Origin: Massalongia carnosa
Lineage: Eukaryota
Assembly (NCBI GenBank): GCA_965645245.1
Contig: OZ287074.1
Location: forward strand, 1,364,001-1,428,000
DNA length: 64,000 bases
Direction: 5' to 3'
Shown: positions 1 through 12,084 of the stretch, piece by piece
Layout: each line of letters starts with the position of its first letter
Numbering within the stretch: the stretch's first letter is position 1
Position numbers and translations under genes: made by a program
Notes under the pieces: model-generated
What the model was told of the DNA's origin: nothing
What the model saw: the letters and a program-made list of their open reading frames with translations, nothing else
The model's database searches: none

Positions 1-36
1 GAGTATAAATTGACTGACTTATGCCGTGATACATAG

Positions 37-225
37 GTGCTTGTGGCCGGAGCCCGCACACACGTTGTCAAGAATGATGCACAAGCAAGCCGGAGAGTGG
101 AGAGCGGACTGGGTTTGCTGGATAACAATGGTGTTAATTTCCTCATGGCGTTCCTGATGAGTCTAGGTGGCATGCTTCTTGCCGGTTATGTCTGGAAGGT
201 GCCTCTGAGTAGCATCGTTACCTGA
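37..225 (+). CDS. Probable last exon of a gene that starts before the window; hydrophobic C-terminal tail
   Basis: Branch-like CTGAC and a TAG acceptor end at 36, followed by an open frame ending in a hydrophobic stretch (NFLMAFLMSLGGMLLAGYVW). Family not recognised. Confidence 0.4.
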   Translation: MLVAGARTHVVKNDAQASRRVESGLGLLDNNGVNFLMAFLMSLGGMLLAGYVWKVPLSSIVT

Positions 226-1461
226 GTTACTAGCATTTTTGTGCTCTGCTTTCTGCTGCTTTGCGGTGGTCTGAGCTTATCTTCGTTTCTTATTTTTCTC
301 CCTCATGACTGTTCGGATATTTTGTTATGTCGTCCGGTTGTATCGCTACAGACAATTCCACCCCAACTACCTCACCTCGTCAAATACCCCTAAATACCTC
401 GTCTCTTACTAGGACTCCGCGTTCTCCTAAACCCAACCCAATTCCAACAACCAACAACTAAATATCAAACAAGTCCCCAGCTACCTACCCCAGCTACATA
501 CTAAATCACCTCTCCCCACTCTATTAATTACCGCATCCATCATAAACGACCTAGATACGTAGGTAGATAGGCAAGTAGAGACATTTCAACTCAAATCCTC
601 GTACAGCTCGAGTCTTTTCTTTTCTTTTCGTTTTTTTAACGATGCGCGGGGGATGAGAGGAGAAGAAAAGCGAGAAAAGGGAAGGGAAGAAAAACCTACC
701 TAGGCACCTTTACAACCCCCACCCGGGGTTGTCCTACTCACTCCTCATCCATGCTTTATTTCTTGCTTGCCTGGCTTGGTTCTGCTATCTGACCGATCAT
801 TTCGTTTCGTTTTTCATATGCGAAAGAGGAAAAGAGAAAGAATAACACCATGAAAAAATCCAAAAAATCCCCCCAAAAAATCGCTGCGTGAGAAGCCTAA
901 AATTCGCCCCCAAAGCCGTAGGTTCGAAGGGAGGGGGCTTTGCATGGTAACACCTAGCGATCGGGCAAAACAGATAACGCGCTATACCCCTGCCTACATC
1001 TCTCTCTCCCTCCTTCCCCTTTATACCTATCCCCATTCCTAGCGGGTAGAAGGAAACTAGCGGATTGATTGTGGGTCGCCTTTGGAGCTGGGGAGGAATG
1101 AATGGGACGAATGTGTGAATGGGGATGTTTTGGGGATTTGGGGCTAAGGGAAAGGGAGAGATGGAGAAATAAGGAGGGATGTATGTATGGGGCTGGTTGT
1201 AACTGATAGTTGGGGTTGAAAACGAGGATGATGCTATTGAATGGCGATGGATAGAGGATTAAAGTTACTGCGAGAGATGGGAGCGCCTGGATTCTCTCTG
1301 GTCGATACGAGTATCTATCGCCCATTGGTTTTCCTATCCTGTAGTCCGCCGAGCGGAACCCCCCGCAGCGCCGTGTCTAATGCATTCCTTCCAGGCCCAA
1401 CCAAATGCAATACAAAACCACCCTACTATGGGTGATATGTCCAATCCCTATTTCCTGTACA

Positions 1462-2404
1462 TCAATCGAGCGTGGGCGCCAGCGCCAACAGGCTGAACCT
1501 CAAATCCCCTCCCCCTCCGCTCCCCTCCATCTCCTCCTGCTTCAAGAATCGCTTCACCCCCAACGTCAGCGCCTTCGCCGACAACACATCATCTCCCTCG
1601 TCCAAACGCCCACGATTCAGCGGGCCCTTGCGCCGCCCATCGAGTTCCCATAGGTTTCCTTGCGCCGACTTGATGAAGGCGACGAAATGATGCTCCACGT
1701 TATCCGTGGCGAGCGGGGGCGCGGTGTCACCTTGCACTGCAGCGGAGGCGTGCGCTTGCGCGATTATGGTTGAGGTTTCGATCAGCCGGGCACGGGGAAG
1801 AGGGAGGAGAGGGGTGGCGTCTGTGATGAGCTTTGCAAGAGGGGTGTCGAGTGCTGTGAGGGGTTTAGGAATATACTGTTAGAGAGTGAATCTTTTAAAA
1901 CAATATGCGTGCGTGCGTGTGGGCGTTCGGAGGCAAAGGGAGTCCCTACCAATGTAATCCCTCGCGGAGCCGTTGCAAGCGAGGTGCAACAGGCCCATCA
2001 TGCCACACGCGTTCCCGATCGTTTGCTGAAACCACAGCACCTCCTCTTCCGGCCCGGAGCCGTTGTATACCGATAACGGAGCATCTTCGGCCAGCCGAGC
2101 GGCTTCATAGCCTTGGGATACGGGGAACACGAGTAGAAGGGCGGCAGTGGGGCGGGGGATGAAGGCGAGTAAGGAGGGGTCGTCGAGGGAGTAGACGTCG
2201 TGAAAGGAGAGATTTGGGGAAAGGCCGAGCTTGTGGATTAAGGAGGTCATTACTTCAGGGTTGTTTTCTGAGGGGAAGGATTAGTCTGCTGTATGCAAGG
2301 TTTGGGGGGGGGGGATTGCCTAAAGGGACAAATCGTAGGCCGCTTTTGGGAGCATCTGGATGGTTCATATCGTAAGCTGAAGCTGAGTCGGTATTAGATG
2401 CCAT
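1462..2404 (-). CDS. YUH1: Ubiquitin C-terminal hydrolase (UCH-L3/Yuh1, peptidase C12), 3 exons
   Basis: Motifs FVPL(E)NNPEVM, QQTIGNACG (catalytic Cys), HHFVAF and LWELDGRRKGP. ATG at 2404; intron 1 (2268-2319) has a GC donor. Confidence 0.92.
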
Positions 2405-2646
2405 GTTTCAGAGCAGTGATGATGTTCTAAGTATTGACATGCACCAGGTTGAAGTAAAATGGACTGTTGAAAGTTTGGCCTTTGGTTCTAGGCAGCCGAT
2501 GACGCACATAATCCGGGGTTAACCTTAAGTTACTCAAATTAGGTAAGCTGTGCCGATATGCCGATTATCATAGGGCTGAGATAATCTGCGTTTGGCTTCA
2601 ACTCCAGAATGATATGTAGGTAACACGCCAGCAAACCATTGATGGG

Positions 2647-4236
2647 ATGGAGTTCATATCAAACTTACAGGATGGTCTCGACTACCATAAGCCCTCTCTC
2701 TTCGGCGAGTCTCGAATGCCAAAAGCAGTGTATAGATACTAACATGCATCAGAACTACTCTCTGAGCAACAATTATCAGCTCTTATTCCCCCTTCATTAC
2801 GATACCTCCTCGCCCTTGCCACACACCGCCATCCCCGATACCTTCTTCGTGTTCTTAACTCCTTTGATGAGAGTTATGCGCTCCTTATGCTGGCCGTGGA
2901 GCGGCACTACCTCCAAACCTACAGCGGAAGCTTCACCGAGAACTTTTACGGCCTCAAGCGTGAGCGAGTCTTGCGTATCAAGGGCGGAGAGGCCCCCCGA
3001 GCGCGCGTTGGCGCTCCGGCTCTCATGCGAGAAACGCTGCGGCTTCGACCGCGAGATATCTGGAATAATCTCGCTGTCCTGGTCGGCGTCCCATATCTCA
3101 AACGAAAGCTCGACGAGAGCTATGAGATCCATGTTCCGCAAGCGACAATCCTAGGTCCTAGCTACAATAGAGACATGCTGCCCCCGAACCCCACAATGAG
3201 GCAGAGGATACTATACTACTACAAATGGTTCCTGCGACACGTATACCCTAGCGTCAATGCGGCGTACTACTTCTCTCTTCTAGCCTTCAACCTCGCATAC
3301 CTCTTCGACAGCACCAAATACTCCTCCCCCTTTCTCTGGTTTATCGGGACACGCATCCGCCGTCTCGGCCAAGCGGATCATCATGCCATAGCTCTTGCCG
3401 CCCAACCGCCCCCTGATCTGTCCTCACATTACCCCGGCAATCGACCGGGCCAAACAAACTCCCTCCTCAATCCCATCACTCTTGCTACAATAATATTACC
3501 CCGCCTCCTCGCAAGCTTGAAACTCCTCCTCCCAACCTCCATCTTCGCCCTCAAATTCCTTGAATGGTGGCACGCGTCCGACTTCGCCCGGCAACTCTCC
3601 CGCAGAGCGGCCGAGGGCCGCAGCCTTCCCCCCCCGCTCGTCTCCGGCCTTCCATCGCCGAAGCCAAAACTTTCACCACCTTCCTCCGCATCATCCAACC
3701 CCACCGACCCGTCCCAAATCGCCAAAACCGCTAATAAAAACACTGTCTCCCTCTCTTCCTTCTCCTCCTCCTCCTCCTCCTCCTCCCCTCCCACCATCAC
3801 CACAAACCCTCCAATCTCCCCTAAATCCCGCCCTCCTCTCTCAATCACAACTTTCCTCCCAATTCTCACCGTCCCCTTCCCCACCCCTGCCACTACCGCC
3901 CTCTGCCCCATCTGCATGCACCCCATCCAAACCCCCACTTCTGCGCAAACGGGTTATGTCTTTTGCTATGCCTGCATCTTCAAGTGGGTGCAGGGAACCC
4001 ATGAGCGGCAGCTTGCGTTCATAGAAGGTGAGGGGGCGGAGGAAGGCTGGGGGGATGATGATGATGAAGGGGACGAGGAGGAGGGTAAAGAGCGAGGGGG
4101 CGAGAAGGGGACAGGGAAAAGGGCTGGGCGGGAAGGGGGCAGATTGGGCAGGTGGGAGAGCGGAAAGGGGAGGTGTGCGGTTACGGGCCGGAGGGTGCTG
4201 GGCGGGACGGATGGATTGAGGAGAGTGATGGTTTAG
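2647..4236 (+). CDS. PEX12: Peroxin Pex12 (Pex2/Pex12 N-terminal domain plus RING), 2 exons
   Basis: KPSLF(E)LLSEQQL, GSFTENFYGLKRERV, FALKFLEWWH, and RING CPIC...GYVFCYACI...GRCAVTG. GC-AG intron at 2705-2752. Confidence 0.95.
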
Positions 4237-4518
4237 GTAAGAGTGAGAGATTAAGTTTTGGCAATATAGGGATAGCGCTTTGGGTCCTTTCCGGCTATAG
4301 GTATCCATACAGTAGACATATCGTCTGGAGGATTGCCACGCGGTACAAAATCACTACACATCTAGAAATCAACCCCTCCCCCAACCAAACACCACCGAGA
4401 TGCAAATAAATCAACCCTTTTCCCGTATGCAAAGACGCCTCATCCTCCCAACCCCCAAATTTCCTCCTTCGAGTCAACAATTTCAAACCACCAAGAAAAT
4501 CTCCCCCCTACAACCCGT

Positions 4519-5782
4519 CTAAACTCCAAGCGCAAGCTTCCCCCTCTCGTATACAAAAAAACTCACCGCCACCATCGGCACCACCTTGCAATACCCGATG
4601 CCCAACCCCACGTAGAAACCCCTCCAGCCTCGCTCCAGCCACACCAGCCGCGCAGTCTCCCCGATTCGCAGCCGATGCCCGTCGCCAACTGCGCCGCCAA
4701 CCTGCATGCGACGCCGGATGACTTCGAGCGGGTAGGAGGCCGTTTGGGAGACTAGACCTGCGAGACCGCCAGCGAGGAGGGAGGCCCACGGTTTTAGGAT
4801 TGGGGTGGGGTGATTGGGAGGGGGGGGTGTATTGGAGGTGGAGATCAAGGAGGGGGACAAGGGGATGGTGGTGTAGGGGGCTAGGGTTGGGTGCTGAAGC
4901 CAGTCGGTGGCGATATCGTGGGTTAGAAAGGACATTCCTGCGTAGGGAAGCATGCCGGCCATTGTAGGGGAAAAGCCGCGGTAAAAATTAATGAGGCCGG
5001 CACGTGGGGTAGTGCGGGGGTGAGCAGAGGGCGTGGGAATAGAGAGGTGAATAGGAGGAGCTTTTGGCGCCGCCGACGAGGAGGAGGAAATCGGGGGCGC
5101 TGCTCTAGGGGGCTGTTCGTGATAGATTTGACTGCAGATGCTGCGCAACGAAGAACGGGAATCCCGCTTCGTTTCAAACGCCAACCGCACACGAATCACC
5201 TCGAGCGGATACGTAAAAAACACGGACGTGATGCCTGCCAAGGAGCCGCTAAGCAGGCGGCGCAGCGACGTCTCGTGTGCGGGGGTTGGAATGAGGACAG
5301 AGCGGATCTGCTCATATGCGAGGAATTTGATGGCAGCGTAGGGGAAGATACGTAGGAGGGTGGCAGAGTGGCCGCGGAAGAGCCCCCGCGCGCCGTCTTG
5401 CGCATTGATGTCCCGCATGGCCGTCACCACCCCGAACCAGGAGCCGGTGTACTTGGCGAACTGCGGGTTCGAGGCTTGAAAGAGAATTTTGACGCGGTCG
5501 AGGGGCCCGACTACGGTTTTGGCCTGGTTCGGACGAGAAACGGGGGAAGGTGTTAGCTTGGTTGATTGCCTGGGGGTTTTGACATACCGCGCATCCTGCG
5601 AGACCTCCTGCGAGACCGGTTCTGAGGATGTAATCGAGACTTTGCTTGTTCTTTTGCTTGTGACTTGCGGCTCCTTTCGATGCTATCGCTTGTGCATCGG
5701 CGGGAGCTTGTGTGATGTCCATCTTTGGTGGTTGTGAGGGCAGTAATGGTGATTCGGCATGGTCTTGACAGGATATGGTCAT
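4519..5782 (-). CDS. LEU5: Mitochondrial carrier, CoA transporter (Leu5/SLC25A16-like); the start could instead be the ATG at 5722
   Basis: QSLDYILRTGLAGGLAGCA|AKTVVGPLDRVKILFQ, TLLRIFPYAAIKF, and PX[DE]XX[KR] carrier repeats (YPLEVIRVR, YPLEVIRRRMQ). Confidence 0.88.
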
Positions 5783-6034
5783 TCCCACCAAAGAAAATAG
5801 CTATGGGAGGACGAGAATCTTGGTTTCAGAAAGATGGCATCGGACTTTGTGGACGATGAACCGCAGAGATGGAAAGGCCGTATGACGCAAGTAACCGCGT
5901 CTTGCCGAGGACATTGAGATATCTTCATTCAAATCCCATCTCCCCTTCAACATTTACAAACCATCTACCTATTTACTTACCTATCAAGCCTGCCAATTTT
6001 TGATACAAACACCGAACGTACCCAACTTAGCCTA

Positions 6035-7318
6035 ATGTCCAACCCCGCGCCTCCCCCAACCGCAATCCTCTACCAGAACCCAGCGCGAACAATCACCCTG
6101 CTCGACATCCCACTCTCCATCTCTCTAGCCCAAGGCACGTCCACCCAACCCAACTATACAAGAAAACTTTTTGGAAACCCTCCGCCCCAGTTGCCGTATC
6201 AGTCCACGGAGCCCAAGTCCGAAACCGCCAAGGCGAATGTGATCCGTAGGATGGGCGCCAGCGAGTCTCCATTTCCGGTAAATGTGCTGCGAGAAGCGCT
6301 TAAGGAGATCAGGGAGAATCACGAAGGAGAGTGGTGTTCACGTCGCCAGATAGCGACGGTGAAGCCTGCAAACCAGGGGCGGAAACGCAAGCGCGGGGAT
6401 GAAGAAATAGCAGGCGGTGGATTTTTAGCGGTGAAGGAACCTACTCTACAAATTCCTACGTATAATACTGCCCAGCGGAATGCGGGAAAAGAAACCGTTC
6501 TTGCTCTGAGTACAAGTGTGGTCAGCTCCCCTGATGTAGGGGGAATAGCAAATCGCCTTGTCCACAATCCGCATTCCACATCTCTTCCTCTTTTAGTCGG
6601 TTCACAAGCCCATACCTACACCATACCGCCCGGAGCAGCCTTCTATCTCGCCAACGTAGACAAGCGCAGCATCTCCAAGTTCGGCGCCGCTGCCCAAGGG
6701 TTCTTCTCAACGCCGAGTTCCTCGGCGGGCCCTGGCCAATTTGATTTTGTTCTCTTAGATCCACCTTGGGAAAACCACTCCGCAAAGCGTTCCGGCAAAT
6801 ATCGCACTCTGCGCCAAAGTCGTAACCCGATGCTTGTGCTGCAGGACATTTTCGGGCAACGCATCGCGCCGAGGGGACTAGTTGCATGCTGGATCACGAA
6901 CAAACCACAGGTGCGAAAGATTGCACTGGAAGCTTTTGAAACTTGGGGGATTGGGCTTGTCGAAGAATGGGCGTGGCTGAAAGTCACCGTGCACGGACTT
7001 CCACTTGCCGATATGGAAGGATTGTGGAGAAAGCCATATGAGATCCTGCTACTAGGTAGACCAGCAGATTCTTCAGCCGAGGATTTGAGCAAGACCGCTC
7101 TCTGCCAATCGAATGTGCGGAAGAGAACTATCGTAGCGGTGCCAGATCTTCATTCCCGTAAACCATGCATCAAAGGTCTAATTGAACATTTCATGCCGGA
7201 CCCCATGGAATACCGCGCTTTGGAGATTTTTGCGAGAAATTTGACATCTCAATGGTGGTCGTGGGGCAACGAGGCAATGAAATACAACTGGGAAGGCTAT
7301 TGGGAGAGAAATGACTGA
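6035..7318 (+). CDS. MT-A70-family N6-adenine methyltransferase (METTL4-like)
   Basis: FDFVLLDPPWEN catalytic motif, WITN, EEWAWLKVT..G, RKPYE.LLLG, HSRKP and LEIFARNL..WWSWGNE. Single 427-aa ORF. Confidence 0.88.
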   Translation: MSNPAPPPTAILYQNPARTITLLDIPLSISLAQGTSTQPNYTRKLFGNPPPQLPYQSTEPKSETAKANVIRRMGASESPFPVNVLREALKEIRENHEGEWCSRRQIATVKPANQGRKRKRGDEEIAGGGFLAVKEPTLQIPTYNTAQRNAGKETVLALSTSVVSSPDVGGIANRLVHNPHSTSLPLLVGSQAHTYTIPPGAAFYLANVDKRSISKFGAAAQGFFSTPSSSAGPGQFDFVLLDPPWENHSAKRSGKYRTLRQSRNPMLVLQDIFGQRIAPRGLVACWITNKPQVRKIALEAFETWGIGLVEEWAWLKVTVHGLPLADMEGLWRKPYEILLLGRPADSSAEDLSKTALCQSNVRKRTIVAVPDLHSRKPCIKGLIEHFMPDPMEYRALEIFARNLTSQWWSWGNEAMKYNWEGYWERND

Positions 7319-7466
7319 ATCAAAGGTCTTTATGTAAGGGTAGCTAACATAGACAAACTCACGACGGCAGTAGATCTACCCCTCCACAAAGGTGACTTAA
7401 TTGCTCCAGTTTGAGTCGGAGTCCAATGGTGAAGAACTTGCTGAAGGTAGCTCTTAAGAAAAAGGA

Positions 7467-9833
7467 CTATTCGCCCCTATCAGACTGAGGTAGGCTTGGA
7501 AAGCTGTAAACGCAACGACGCCATAAGTTATACCACTCGGAATTTAGGGACCGTCCCTGCTGGAACTCCGTCTCTACCTCAGGCTCAGCGACTCGCAAGC
7601 ATTCCATGATAGCTTCTGCTACTTTCCCTTTGATTTTTACTGGAGGCTCTTCGGCCGCCATTTCTGGTACCCAGGTCCTCAAAGTTTTCATACAGGCTCT
7701 CTGGTCCCCAGATCGCGCGACAAGACGAAACATTACATTGTAGAGCTTCAATGGCTTCCGCAACCTATGTTTCGAATTTCCCCGCCAATGAGCCCAGAAT
7801 CCGGCCCAGTTATCTGCACTGGCAAAGGCGGTCAAAATATCACAATGGTTGTTGGTGAGCCTGAACACTTCATGGTAACGGTACTTATCCATCCAAGTTC
7901 TCAGGCGTCGGTTTGCAATATGGTTGAGCTGCAGTTCCTTCTTATTTGATCTGCGGGCTGCTGCTGCTGCAATATACAAAGATAGGAGAATCTTTTCGGT
8001 AACAACGTTGAAACTACGATTGGCCATGTCGTCTAGCACTCGAATCGCTTCGCTAACTTCATAAGTACTAATGATACCCTCCGTGATGCCAACCTTCAGG
8101 GTATTTTCATGGTTTCGGTACCGATATAACAAGGTGTCGAAAACCAACAGAAATACGTCTGGAGGTACCGAGATAACTGATGCTCGCATTTCATCGAAGA
8201 TTGACATCATGGTCACCTTATCATACCCAGGATGCCCTATTCGTATTCCGTAGCAAACCAATGCCAGCCGGCTCTGCCAGTGTTCTGCGTCTGGAAGCAA
8301 AGGGAATGACTGATAGAACGAGGTCAAAAATGGAGTCGAATCAAGGTCCACGGCATCCTTGCCAAGAGCCTTCACTGCGTCTTCTTGAGACAGACTCTGA
8401 AGGCTCTTTAAAGTTTTTACTAGATGTTGGTGCTTTGTTTTGTTTGCGAGCGTTTCTGATATATCGGTAGGATTAGGACTCTCTTTCTGCTTCGTTGGCG
8501 CTTTTTTCTTTCGCTTGCTCTTCATTGCAGGTTTCAAGGATAGAGGTGGTGCATACGTGACGAGAGATGGTGCATACGTGCCGAGAGGTTCTAAAGCTAC
8601 TCTCAAGCTTGGTTCAATAGTGGTATTATTGTAGCCTAGGTGCTTTTTATTTGAAGCTATACTCAAACTTGCTAAATCGTTTAAAGAACCGAGGCTTGTG
8701 CGCTCATTGATTTCCAGATTATTATCGTCCAATCCACAGGGTCGCATGCTGGTGTGAAAACTCCGATTTTGCTGATGGTTACTGCGTAATAGTTTCTGGT
8801 CGCTTGAACAACCAATGGACGATGGGTTAGAGGGTAGATTCAAGGGATGCAAAGAAGCCTGACCCACCTCTTGATTGGCTGTGGACCCTTCGGATGCGTG
8901 CATGCTCTTTTCATTCCTTCTCCTCTGACTCTCTAAAGTATTTCCCCACAGCTCCTCAAGATCGAGTTCCTCTCGTTTTTCCTGAGTTAGCATCTGAATC
9001 ACCACTCTGGCCCCTTTTATTTGCTCGCCAAAACCGACAAACCCCTCGGGTTCCAAGTGAATATTGGTCGCGCCTTCTCCATCTTCAATAGTGCCCACAT
9101 TCACACAAATCCAATCTGTCTTCAATCCATCATCTTGACCGCTCCTTTCCGATGAGCCTACGCTGCTTAAAAGTCTCGCACGGCGTGCCTTACGTTTCAT
9201 ATTGAGCTTCAGTTGCCCCCGACCAAGGAGACCATCGGCGTAAGGGGTCAATTTGTGCGTGCTACGCAGCCACCTACAAAGTCTATCGGCCGAAACATGT
9301 AGATGTTTCTCGCTCCTAGCAGTACCGAGAAGCATTATAAGGTTTGCTCCCAGCGCAGGAGGTGGATCGAGCTTGCGGAGGTCGAAAAGTAAAAGATCAT
9401 CAAGGCCCAGGTCCGTCGAGATGTGCTCTAGGATTGGTAGCAGCAATGGTGGTGAGTCTGAGGGGAGCTCAGGCAGCTGCTGTCGTTCTGAAAGTGATCT
9501 TGTTATGCGTGTGGGTGTCTCGACCTGGAGATACCAAGGCAGCGAAGAGGCTGAATCTGGAATACTTTCGCCATGGGAAGCATACTCCGCCTGAATTGTC
9601 TCATCGCTGTTTTTCCAAACTTGCGTGTCTTGCTGTTGGGCAATATCGGATTGCTGAAATTTCGATGTCGTAAAGCTTCGTATTGGTGCAGATCGCTTAT
9701 AAGGGTGGTTTGTAGAGCTTGGCTTCCACCCCGGTCTAACAGAAGTGCTTGAGAAAGAGATGAAAGAATTCAGGATAATCTGACGGCAGTTGCTACATTT
9801 TGATGCCAGTGACACGACCTGTCTTGCCACCAT
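7467..9833 (-). CDS. ATP25: Mitochondrial ATPase synthesis protein 25
   Basis: Basic N-terminal presequence, PWYLQ, LGLDDLLLFDLRKLDPPPALGANLIMLLGTARSEKHLHVSADRLCRWLR (RsfS-like domain) and DWICVNVG. Confidence 0.88.
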   Translation of the reverse strand: MVARQVVSLASKCSNCRQIILNSFISFSSTSVRPGWKPSSTNHPYKRSAPIRSFTTSKFQQSDIAQQQDTQVWKNSDETIQAEYASHGESIPDSASSLPWYLQVETPTRITRSLSERQQLPELPSDSPPLLLPILEHISTDLGLDDLLLFDLRKLDPPPALGANLIMLLGTARSEKHLHVSADRLCRWLRSTHKLTPYADGLLGRGQLKLNMKRKARRARLLSSVGSSERSGQDDGLKTDWICVNVGTIEDGEGATNIHLEPEGFVGFGEQIKGARVVIQMLTQEKREELDLEELWGNTLESQRRRNEKSMHASEGSTANQEVGQASLHPLNLPSNPSSIGCSSDQKLLRSNHQQNRSFHTSMRPCGLDDNNLEINERTSLGSLNDLASLSIASNKKHLGYNNTTIEPSLRVALEPLGTYAPSLVTYAPPLSLKPAMKSKRKKKAPTKQKESPNPTDISETLANKTKHQHLVKTLKSLQSLSQEDAVKALGKDAVDLDSTPFLTSFYQSFPLLPDAEHWQSRLALVCYGIRIGHPGYDKVTMMSIFDEMRASVISVPPDVFLLVFDTLLYRYRNHENTLKVGITEGIISTYEVSEAIRVLDDMANRSFNVVTEKILLSLYIAAAAARRSNKKELQLNHIANRRLRTWMDKYRYHEVFRLTNNHCDILTAFASADNWAGFWAHWRGNSKHRLRKPLKLYNVMFRLVARSGDQRACMKTLRTWVPEMAAEEPPVKIKGKVAEAIMECLRVAEPEVETEFQQGRSLNSEWYNLWRRCVYSFPSLPQSDRGE

Positions 9834-10111
9834 TAAGGCTATATACTCTTTCGCTGAAGGTTATTTGAAGCGAGATGGTTCTTTTGAAGTCGAGAAACAC
9901 GTAGCTTGAAGCTGACGAAACTTCCTGACGACTGGGCGGCTCGTTTGACATCGCTTGTCCTCTCCGAATGGGGTCTCCCTGATTACCTAATCTTGCGCGA
10001 CTCACCCATGACGTAGGGCTGACTTTGATAGCTCTCTACACTGTCTATATCCCATACTTTACCTTTTGCCATCGTCGAATCTCAACTAAACTTGGAGTTC
10101 CCTTCTTCATT

Positions 10112-11752
10112 ATGTCTATGGATATTGATGCCCCAGTTTCGCTAACAGGAAGGTCCTTCGTTCCACAAGCAGTTGCGACGTCAGTAACCCATATGTCCTT
10201 GAGTTTCCCCGGATTTCCTCCGACCTCTGGCTAACCTTTGCTTAGGATACTTTGCTACAATTGCGGCGCCCCGATAGATGGCACTTCTGCTGCAGGTGCA
10301 CTCTGTTATGACTGTGTGAAACTTACAGTTGATATCTCAGAGGGCGTCCAGAGGGAGGCAACACTCCACATCTGTCGAGACTGTGAGAGATGGCTACAAC
10401 CTCCTGCCCACTGGATCACTGCAGCCCCCGAATCCCGAGAGCTGCTTGCACTGTGTCTCCGGAAATTACGCGGACTCTCCAAAGTCAGGATCATTGATGC
10501 AAGCTTCATATGGACAGAACCTCACTCAAGGCGGGTGAAGGTGAAGATTACTATCCAGCAAGAGGCCTTCCAGGGTACTATCCTGCAGCAGGCCTTTGAA
10601 GTCGAGTATGTGGTCGCATATCACCAATGTCCCGACTGTGCGAAATCCTTTACCGCAAATACCTGGAGAGCCGTGGTTCAGGTACGGCAAAAGGTACCCC
10701 ATAAACGGACCTTTCTATACCTCGAACAGCTGATCCTGAAACACTCAGCTCACAAAGATACCATTAACATTAGGGAAGTTAAAGACGGTCTTGATTTCTT
10801 TTACGCGCAAAGAAACCACGCCGAAAAATTTGTCGACTTCCTCACCTCGGTTGCCCCAGTCCGATCTAAGAAGTCCCAAGAACTTATCTCCCATGACATC
10901 CACACTTCCACCAAGTCCTACAAATTCTCTTTCTCCGTTGAGCTCGTGCCAATATGTAAAGACGATCTGGTAGCATTACCTGTCAAGCTTGCCCAACAGA
11001 TAGGCAACATTGCACCTCTGACGATCTGCTACCGCGTTGGAACTTCCATCAACCTCATTGACCCCAGCACGCTCCAGACCGCTGACATCTCTACTCCCAT
11101 ATATTGGCGATCTCCTTTCGTTTCTTTGACGGACGTACAAGAACTTGTAGAGTTCATTGTCATGGATATTGAAATCACCGGCAAACCCAAAGGCCGATTC
11201 CTCCCCGCCGAAGCAACCGTGGCCCGAGCATTAGACCTTGGCGTTAACGACATCACATACTTCACCCGCACGCATCTTGGTGGCGTCTTACATCCCGGCG
11301 ATTCTGTTATGGGCTACCATTTAACCGGCACCAACTTCAACAACCGGCATTTCGAAGCGCTGGAGCAAAGCAATTCCCTCTCCTCCAGCATCCCAGACGT
11401 TATGCTTGTCAAGAAATTCTACGCGCGCAAGAAGAAGAACAAGTCGCGAAACTGGCGATTGAAGCGCATGAACAAGGATGAAGGGGAGATGTTGCCGAAA
11501 AAGCAGGACCAGGAGAGGATGGAACGAGACTTCGAGATGTTCCTCCGTGATGTGGAAGAGGACACTGAGCTCCGCGGGACGGTCGCATTGTATAAAGCGC
11601 AGCAGGCTCAGAAGGAGAAGGATAGAATGGAAGGGGTGGAGACTGCCAGCGTGGCTGAAACGGACGGGTCAGATGACGATGACATACCCAAGATTGATAT
11701 GGATGAGCTTCTGGATGAATTCAACGAGCTTGACGTAGAGGATGAAGAATAA
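10112..11752 (+). CDS. NMD3: 60S ribosomal export adaptor Nmd3, 2 exons
   Basis: Zn CxxC motifs (CYNCG, CYDC, CRDC, CPDC), DASFIWTEPHSRR and VQVRQKVPHKRTF.LEQLILKH. Confidence 0.96.
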
Positions 11753-12084
11753 AAGAAGTTTTTGCTAAAGCATTGAGTATATATTCCCAAACTTTGACAT
11801 CGCACATAAATCACCGGGTTTGGCCTCATAGCATTTGATTCGCCTTTTTTACTCTTTGTATCTTCTACAAGCTGGGAATGAACCCAATGTCTAGCTAGAC
11901 TCGATCGAATTTTGGATTGAACCTACAGTCTCACTGACCGTGAAAAGTGGAAAGATGTACCTTTCATGATTAGATTCTGTCCAAAAGATCCTGTCCAAAA
12001 GATCCTCTCAAGTTTTCCCATCCTACTAAGCCTTTCTTCTTAGAGATCATAAACCCCCACGCATCAGCTCTCCCCCAAATTACA

